Shown piece after piece: positions 57,919-64,000 of a stretch of DNA of 64,000 bases. The stretch comes from an uncultured Nitrospiraceae bacterium. Its GTDB lineage: Bacteria > Nitrospirota > Thermodesulfovibrionia > Thermodesulfovibrionales > Dissulfurispiraceae. Within the stretch, counting starts at the first letter, position 1. Each line of letters starts with the position of its first letter. Location: positions 1,568,001-1,632,000 of the forward strand of contig CAVSHF010000003.1 of the NCBI GenBank assembly GCA_963727805.1. The letters are read 5' to 3'. A model generated the notes under the pieces. The model did no database searches. It was not told the DNA's origin and saw nothing but the letters and a program-made list of their open reading frames with translations. The position numbers were made by a program, and so were the translations under genes.

Positions 57919-59796
57919 TTAATACGTGCTTATTCTTCTATCTCTGATTATTGAAGAACCTTTCTGCATCTTTGCCAAATTCTTAACCTCTGTGGCTATA
58001 GAAGCCAGTTGCGCATATGAATCAATCTTGCCAGCTTCCGTGCTTACAATTCCGATTGAAAGCGACAAAAGATCGAATTTCTCTGTTTCTCCTTTTCTGT
58101 TTTTTGAAGTGTAAGCTCCCTTTTCAAAATCTTCCATCCCATGGAATTCCGGCAAACTTGATGCAAATTTATGGATTATCTTCTCCGATACAGTTACCGA
58201 AATTGATGGGCGGGTCAAAAGTATAAAGTCATCACCTCCGATATGCCCGACGAAGTTAAACCTGTCGTTATCAACGGCACTCATAGCGTCATTGATAATA
58301 CCGGCTAGACATCGGATTACCATATCTCCTTTTTCGAATCCGTAGTGGTCGTTATAAGGCTTGAAATTGTCCAGGTCTATATAGCACGCATCGAATTGCA
58401 TGTTTTGGGACAGCCTCTTTTCAATCTCTTTTTGAATAGACACATTTCCCGGAAGTCCGGTAAGCGGGTTGCAGTTCTTTGCGGTACTGATGCTGCGTTC
58501 CGTCATGGCCTCCAGAAGGTCGCTAACCGCCACCGTTCCGCGATATCGACCATGTGTCGTCACGATAAGATCGTCATATAGAAAAACCGCCTCCCGTGCA
58601 TTGACCCTCTGTGCCACGTGTTCGAGCGAAGCGTTCTCATCGACCAGCAGAAAACGCCGTTCCATCACGGCGCCTATATTCTTGTACGAATTGAGGTACA
58701 TGCCATATCCGAATCTTCCCAGTATCTGCTGCTCAGTGAACCTTGTCCTGTGCAGCATCCCGAGCACGGTGCCTTTTACAACAACAGGCAGGCCCCTGAG
58801 TCCTGTATCTCCCGAGAACCTGCCGACTGCTTTCGCAAATGGATCCGCAGGGTATATGGGATCAACTTTGCGGCAGATGTCGCCGATTACATTGAAATGA
58901 CGACCGGTGTTGTTGTCGCATCTGTTGCAGTTCGTTTTTGAACGGCCGACCGTTGTAAAAAGATTTTCATTGACAGCAAGAGAGGGGGATGGTTTACCCA
59001 GGAGGTATCCCTGCAGCAATTCAAAGCCCATATTAATAACGACATCCAACTCTTCCTGAAGCTCTACACCCAGAGCAATGACTTCGATGCCAATCCTGTG
59101 ACATGCAGTGGCGATGGATTCCAGGAGGTTAAACTTTATGGTACTCCTATCAATGTCGGCTATAAAGTGCCGGTCTATCTTTACAAAATCCGGCTTTAGC
59201 GCAGAGAGTATCTTTAACCCGCCCAGCCCAGCCCCAAAATCATCAATGGCTATTTTGTACCCTTGCGCCCGATAGTGGGCGATCGCATCCTTGAAAAGAG
59301 TGTAATTTTCTACGGCCGTTTCTTCAGACAGTTCAAGAACGATCTTCTCCTTAGGCATCCCCCACTGTTCAGCAATCTCATCTGTGATGCCGACTTTGTA
59401 TTGCGAGCACATCAGCGTCTCCGGGCAAATGTTGATGAACAGGTATGATTGTTTCTCTTTAAGCCCCAGCAATGCCGCTTCACGAATTGCATTGCGCCTG
59501 CAGTGCAGGTCGAGGGATGATATCACGTTAGTCTCTTTGGCCTTTCGGAATAGATCGGCGGTATTGCCGAAAGGATTATTATATCCCGATTGTATACGAC
59601 TAAGTGCCTCGTATCCATACACTGAGCCGTCAGTCGCAGAAAGTATAGGCTGGAAGTAGATAGCAAATGCTTCACTGTCGATTAATTCGTATATTACTTC
59701 TTTGTAAAGATTGAATTCGCTTTGTGCATGGGATTTACTAGAACCTATCTCAAAATTAAAATGATGTATCATAAAGGATGCGTTTGAGTGATGCAC
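57919..59796 (-). CDS. EAL-CBS-GGDEF(GGDDF) protein; 5' end interrupted by IS5 (original start 60588)
   Basis: FQPI, GYEALSR, IDDFGAG, QGYL; CBS pair; NPLTGLPGN, DLDNFKPYNDHYG, HIGGDDF. Confidence 0.9.
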   Translation of the reverse strand: MHHSNASFMIHHFNFEIGSSKSHAQSEFNLYKEVIYELIDSEAFAIYFQPILSATDGSVYGYEALSRIQSGYNNPFGNTADLFRKAKETNVISSLDLHCRRNAIREAALLGLKEKQSYLFINICPETLMCSQYKVGITDEIAEQWGMPKEKIVLELSEETAVENYTLFKDAIAHYRAQGYKIAIDDFGAGLGGLKILSALKPDFVKIDRHFIADIDRSTIKFNLLESIATACHRIGIEVIALGVELQEELDVVINMGFELLQGYLLGKPSPSLAVNENLFTTVGRSKTNCNRCDNNTGRHFNVIGDICRKVDPIYPADPFAKAVGRFSGDTGLRGLPVVVKGTVLGMLHRTRFTEQQILGRFGYGMYLNSYKNIGAVMERRFLLVDENASLEHVAQRVNAREAVFLYDDLIVTTHGRYRGTVAVSDLLEAMTERSISTAKNCNPLTGLPGNVSIQKEIEKRLSQNMQFDACYIDLDNFKPYNDHYGFEKGDMVIRCLAGIINDAMSAVDNDRFNFVGHIGGDDFILLTRPSISVTVSEKIIHKFASSLPEFHGMEDFEKGAYTSKNRKGETEKFDLLSLSIGIVSTEAGKIDSYAQLASIATEVKNLAKMQKGSSIIRDRRISTY

Positions 59797-60559
59797 AATG
59801 GGAATTGATACGTGAGCACTTTCCTGAGGAGAACATTCCAGATGGCCGTGCTGGTCGAAAACCTGTTCCTACGCGCAAAGTTTTGGAGGCTGTTCTGTGG
59901 ATATTGAATACTGGAGCGCAATGGCACATGTTGCCACAGAGCTTTCCGAATTACAAAACAGTTCATCGTCGTTTTCAGCAGTGGTGTAGAAGCGAAGTGC
60001 TTCGCAATGTCCTGACAAGCCTCGCCAATACGCTGAGAGAGCAAGGAGAAATTGATGAACGAGAAAGATTTATAGATGCCACCTTTGCCTCTGCCAAAGG
60101 CGGTGATGCCGACATTGGCAAAACGAAGCGCGGCAAGGGCGTGAAGATCATGGGAATCGTTGACAGGCATAGACTTCCGCTTGCCGTTTGTACTCATGCG
60201 GCGAATCATCATGAAGTGACATTGGTTCAACTGACGTTTGATTTTTATATGATGGAAGCAAAGCCTGAGAAGCTTATTGGCGACAAGGCCTATGACAGTG
60301 ATGACCTTGACGATGATCTTGGCAAACAAGGAATCGATATGATCGCGCCTCATAAAAGCAACCGAGTGAAAGACCCGACGCAGGACGGAAGAAAACTTCG
60401 TCGATATAAGAGACGCTGGATAGTTGAACGTTTCTGGGCCTGGCTTCAATGGCATCGTCGTCTCCTTGTTCGCTGGGAATACTACCCCGAGAATTTCCTC
60501 GGTCTTGTACAGCTTGCGTCTATATGCATACTACTCAAACGATTTTGAGATAGGTTCTA
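59739..60559 (+). mobile_element. IS5-family insertion sequence with TA target duplication
   Basis: Perfect inverted termini TAGAACCTATCTCAAAAT / ATTTTGAGATAGGTTCTA; removing the element restores the host reading frame. Confidence 0.93.
59778..60548 (+). CDS. IS5-family transposase
   Basis: LSDAQWELI, TGAQWHMLP, IDAT, GDKAYDS, YKRRWIVERFWAWL. Confidence 0.95.
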   Translation: MRLSDAQWELIREHFPEENIPDGRAGRKPVPTRKVLEAVLWILNTGAQWHMLPQSFPNYKTVHRRFQQWCRSEVLRNVLTSLANTLREQGEIDERERFIDATFASAKGGDADIGKTKRGKGVKIMGIVDRHRLPLAVCTHAANHHEVTLVQLTFDFYMMEAKPEKLIGDKAYDSDDLDDDLGKQGIDMIAPHKSNRVKDPTQDGRKLRRYKRRWIVERFWAWLQWHRRLLVRWEYYPENFLGLVQLASICILLKRF

Positions 60560-61296
60560 ATATAGTCTTTGATAAATCTAGTCTTCATTGCAGACTTCTC
60601 TTGCGTCTTTTCGCGTTGAGATGACCGTCCCGGAAAGTCTACTAACATGGATGACCCCCAATGAGTTCGCTAATGTCCTGTACATGCCTCAGTTGATATT
60701 GCTAGCTTCTACATTATGGAAGCCGCTTCTGAACAAATGGCTTTGCTTGTTACATGTTCTGAACAAATTTCGTGAATTCCCAGACAATGTTCTCGGTGAA
60801 ACGAAAACATCCCTGCGCAATGTACCTCCCCTAAAAAATGTGTACCGCCAAATTATCCTAATACAAATTAGACCACGCAAACTTTACCTCAGCATGAATA
60901 CCAGATTGCAATATGGTTACATCACTGCATTTTGTGACGGTCGTCTCAAGTTCGGCGATTGCTACACCTGAATTTTGATTGTTAAAGCTCATGCCTCATG
61001 TCAGAGGCATAAAAAAGTGTATATGCTAAAGAAGTTGTATACGTTGGATTATATAATTAAAACTGCCCGCGGGTCGCGAGGATAGCCGAGGCATGCTGTT
61101 CTTATGAAAGCGTGATCAAGCTGCCAGTATGTCGTTCTTGATAAGAAAACCTTCTTCACACGAATACCATCCGTAATACAGGTGGCGTACATCGAGGCTT
61201 ATTAGGTATTGAAAATAGTAGAAATCGGAAAGTGTGTGTGTGGACAGTCTCATGGGCTTCAGATAATTAATGATTATACTTAGAAGCGATCTCCTT

Positions 61297-61620
61297 TCAG
61301 CCCGCCGTAAGCTTGAGTCCTATGATGCCAACCATTATCAGGCAGATGAAAGTAAGCTGTGAGAGCTTATAGGGTTCTCCAAGAAAGAACATCCCGATCA
61401 GGTTGGTCCCCGCAACGGCAATGCCAACCCATATCGCATATGTCGAACCCGTTGGGAGCTGCCTCAGGGCAAGAGAGAGGAAGAAGGCCGCCCCCAGGCC
61501 GCACAGGGCATAAGACAGGATAAATGGAAACAATTTTGTGAAGCCTTCAGTGCCCTTGAGGCTGTAAATCCAGCCAATCTCAAATGCGCCTGCTATGACA
61601 ATATACATCCACGCCATCAT
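61297..61620 (-). CDS. SMR/DMT-family exporter (SugE/Gdx-like)
   Basis: MAW..I.IAGAFEIGW..SLK.TEGFTK, YAIWVGI; four TM helices. Confidence 0.88.
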   Translation of the reverse strand: MMAWMYIVIAGAFEIGWIYSLKGTEGFTKLFPFILSYALCGLGAAFFLSLALRQLPTGSTYAIWVGIAVAGTNLIGMFFLGEPYKLSQLTFICLIMVGIIGLKLTAG

Positions 61621-61783
61621 TTCACCTCGTTCCATTAATATCGACCAATCCTGACGGATATTGTATCAGTCATCTGTTACGTATAGATGAAGCTGATATT
61701 ACAGTTATATTAATTGTCCTATATTCTAGGCATCTTCTCTTGCACCCTCCTGTTGTCGAGGGACTTGCCATATTTGCCTTATC

Positions 61784-61839
61784 TTTTAACTGTCCTGTCA
61801 CAATAATTTAACATGAGCGTAACATTCCATTGATACTCT
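61784..61839 (+). promoter_or_regulatory. Pho-box-like promoter of the cytochrome gene
   Basis: TTTTAAC-n4-CTGTCAC-n4-ATTTAAC-n4-GCGTAAC-n10-TACTCT. Confidence 0.6.
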
Positions 61840-61905
61840 GTAAATAATTGTTGAAATGCCTCTTTGAAGGCTTACACTGTAACCATAATATGCTTGGAGG
61901 AAAGT

Positions 61906-62430
61906 ATGAAAAAGAATTTACTGGTAGTCTTAACCGCAGCAGTTGCAGTGTTCTTTGCCTGTTCTGCATACGCTATTCACGACTTAATTATCGATGGCAC
62001 CAAGTTCCCCTTGGCAGGCCCCGATGCCGGCAAGCTGTACAACTTCATTACTCTGTCAAAACCCAATTATAAGCTATGGAGTCTTGGCCCCGGCAAAAAC
62101 GAATTTACTTCTGCCAAAGAACCGCATGGCGCCTTTGTCACCGCCCGCGCGAACAATATTGCGATTGATTCATTAAAAAAGAATGAAGGCATGGCTGACG
62201 GCTCGATAATCGTCATGGAGAACTATAATCCTGATAAAAACCTTCAAGGATGCACTGTGATGTATAAGATAAAGGGCTATAACCCGGAAGCTGGCGATTG
62301 GTTCTGGGTGAAATACTCAGCCCCTAACGGATATATTGTCGCATCCGGAAAGGTAGAAGCTTGCATCAGCTGTCACTCTGCTCAAAAGGATAATGACTAC
62401 ATATTTTCCGGTGAGGTGAAACACAATTAA
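61906..62430 (+). CDS. Cytochrome P460/c'-beta family protein
   Basis: GGAGG RBS, signal peptide, DGSIIVMENY, VMYK, GDWFW, C-terminal CISCH. Confidence 0.88.
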   Translation: MKKNLLVVLTAAVAVFFACSAYAIHDLIIDGTKFPLAGPDAGKLYNFITLSKPNYKLWSLGPGKNEFTSAKEPHGAFVTARANNIAIDSLKKNEGMADGSIIVMENYNPDKNLQGCTVMYKIKGYNPEAGDWFWVKYSAPNGYIVASGKVEACISCHSAQKDNDYIFSGEVKHN

Positions 62431-62481
62431 TTGGCAGCGAAATTGAATTGACGGTCGGCATTCGTGTGTAGCCTCTCTCTT

Positions 62482-62519
62482 AAACTGGGAGGACCGAGCT
62501 TCGGTCCTCCCAGTTTTTT
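62482..62519 (+). terminator. Intrinsic terminator
   Basis: AAACTGGGAGGACCGA-GCT-TCGGTCCTCCCAGTTT followed by further Ts. Confidence 0.9.
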
Positions 62520-62524
62520 GTCTT

Positions 62525-62581
62525 CTGTAATCAAAGTGTAATATGACCTTAATAATCCGTTAACAACATTTCATCTATTAT
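62525..62581 (+). promoter_or_regulatory. Pho-box-like promoter
   Basis: CTGTAAT-n4-GTGTAAT-n4-CCTTAAT-n4-CGTTAAC-n11-TATTAT. Confidence 0.6.
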
Positions 62582-63545
62582 GAATGCGATGCCAATGAAG
62601 AAGATCCTGTTCATGTGCGGTTCAATGAATCAAACAACACAAATGCACCAGATTTCCCAGCACCTGACTCAGCATGAGTGTTGGTTCACGCCTTTTTATG
62701 GTGACGGCATTGTCAAACATTTGACCAGTTACGGGATGCTCGATTTCACCATCATGGGCGGACGTTTCAGGAAGGAAACCGAAGAATATCTGAGCAAAGC
62801 CGGCTGCCCTGTCGACCTGGAAGGCAAGATGAACAACTACGATCTTGTGTTTACCTGCTCGGACCTGATCGTCCAGAGGAACATTAAAAATAAGAAAATC
62901 ATCCTTGTCCAGGAAGGCATGACCGACCCTGAAAATATAATGTTCTATATGTCGAAATGGTTCAAGCTACCGCGCTATCTCGCCAGCACATCAACCACCG
63001 GATTGTCACATCAATATGAAAAATTCTGTGTAGCCTCTGAGGGCTACCGGGAGCTTTTTATACGAAAGGGTGTTAAGCCTGAGAAGATAGAGGTGACAGG
63101 CATACCCAATTTCGATCATGTAGAAAGGTACCGCACCAACGACTTTCCTTATCGGAATTACGTGTTTGTTGCAACATCAGATGCGCGGGAGACCTTTAAA
63201 TACGATAACAGGAAAAAGTTTCTGCGGAAATCTTTGATGATAGCCGGAGACAGGCCTTTAATCTTCAAACTCCATCCCAATGAGAATATAAAGCGCTCGA
63301 CAAATGAAATAGAAAGCTTAATTCCTCATGCATTGGTCCTTACCGACGGCAATGCACATCATATGGTGGCCAATTGCGACGTACTTATCACACAGTACTC
63401 TTCCCTTACGTTTACCGGAATTGCTCTAAGGAAAGAGGTACATTCGTACTTTGACATAGAAATGCTAAAGCGTCTCGTCCCGGTTCAGAACGGCGGAAGC
63501 TCCGCCCGAAATATTGCAGAGTCATGCAGGGGATACCTTGACTGA
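62580..63545 (+). CDS. Hypothetical protein, GT-B/UDP-GlcNAc 2-epimerase-like fold
   Basis: GVKPEKIEVTGIPNFD, IFKLHPNE, CDVLITQYSS; true start may be 62589 or 62595. Confidence 0.75.
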   Translation: MNAMPMKKILFMCGSMNQTTQMHQISQHLTQHECWFTPFYGDGIVKHLTSYGMLDFTIMGGRFRKETEEYLSKAGCPVDLEGKMNNYDLVFTCSDLIVQRNIKNKKIILVQEGMTDPENIMFYMSKWFKLPRYLASTSTTGLSHQYEKFCVASEGYRELFIRKGVKPEKIEVTGIPNFDHVERYRTNDFPYRNYVFVATSDARETFKYDNRKKFLRKSLMIAGDRPLIFKLHPNENIKRSTNEIESLIPHALVLTDGNAHHMVANCDVLITQYSSLTFTGIALRKEVHSYFDIEMLKRLVPVQNGGSSARNIAESCRGYLD

Positions 63546-64000
63546 GCATCACGGACGTAATATTGTGACCATCATCCAGACAAGGGTGGGGTCGACACGC
63601 CTGCCTGAAAAAGTCCTGAAACCACTTGGCGGCAAGCCCTTGTTTGTGAGGATGATCGAGCGGATCCGGTGCGCCTCATTGACAGGCAATGTCATGGTGG
63701 CCACTACAAACTTAGAAGAGGACGATGCTATCGAACGAATCTGTAGAAAAGAATATATTACCTGCTTCAGAGGCCATCCTCTGGATCTGCTGGACCGGCA
63801 TTACCAAGCCGCCCTCAGTCATCATGCAGATGTCGTGGTAAAGATACCATCTGACTGTCCACTCATCGACCCATGCATAATTGACAGAGTTATCGGTTTT
63901 TACTTCCGGAACCGGGACAATTTCGATTATGTGAGCAACCTGCATCCGGCGAGTTACCCTGATGGCAACGATGTCGAGGTAATCTCGATGTCAGCGTTGC
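63538..64000 (+). CDS. SpsF-like cytidylyltransferase (partial, runs off the window)
   Basis: TTG start overlapping the upstream stop; IIQTRVGSTRLPEKVL, VVATT, FRGHPLDLLDRHY, SDCPLIDP, YPDGNDVE. Confidence 0.85.
   Translation, partial: MTEHHGRNIVTIIQTRVGSTRLPEKVLKPLGGKPLFVRMIERIRCASLTGNVMVATTNLEEDDAIERICRKEYITCFRGHPLDLLDRHYQAALSHHADVVVKIPSDCPLIDPCIIDRVIGFYFRNRDNFDYVSNLHPASYPDGNDVEVISMSAL

Noticed and set aside
59769..60455. 228-aa antisense ORF within the IS5 element
   Set aside because: Mirror frame of the transposase with no independent evidence
60894..60940. Possible Pho-like array upstream of the EAL-GGDEF gene
   Set aside because: Poor heptamers and no -10 box at the 10-11 bp spacing
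61636..61760. Guanidine riboswitch upstream of the SugE/Gdx-like gene
   Set aside because: No paired ACGR-loop hairpins or ykkC consensus visible; only an imperfect palindrome
1..64000. CRISPR array, tRNA or rRNA genes
   Set aside because: No regularly spaced repeat-spacer units or stable-RNA signatures seen by eye; tRNAscan and CRISPR finders were not run

Overview
Chromosomal region of a probable deltaproteobacterium (Desulfobacterota-like; inferred from gene content). Positions 1-60.6 kb are almost entirely minus-strand. Read in transcription order, the window holds: an IS5-interrupted EAL-CBS-GGDEF gene; an STT3/PglB-like oligosaccharyltransferase between two ~340-bp direct repeats; a long regulatory leader (Pho-box-like promoter, unannotated 44-aa ORF, two copies of an unrecognised attenuator-like RNA motif, c-di-GMP-I riboswitch) ahead of a PEP-CTERM-type protein and a Cys-rich PstS-like protein; an envelope module (FKBP lipoprotein, TpsB, a ~3700-aa TpsA, DUF2341-LamG-ExbB, ExbD, TonB-C, putative porin, coiled-coil protein, SurA-like PPIase); and an exosortase/EpsI-linked exopolysaccharide cluster with several lesions (glmS deleted to a stub; frameshifts in wzy, manB and a heparinase-like gene). 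The right end carries an SMR exporter, a cytochrome P460-family gene and an SpsF-like operon. The most interesting signals are non-coding. (i) A three-copy antiterminator/terminator RNA motif co-occurs with two paralogous small proteins, suggesting an undescribed protein-dependent antitermination system. (ii) About nine arrays of 11-bp-periodic Pho-box-like heptamers occur, most of them 10-11 bp upstream of a -10 box. (iii) One such promoter appears to drive a ~58-nt C-rich sRNA. All calls come from reading the sequence and ORF track by eye; no database searches were run.
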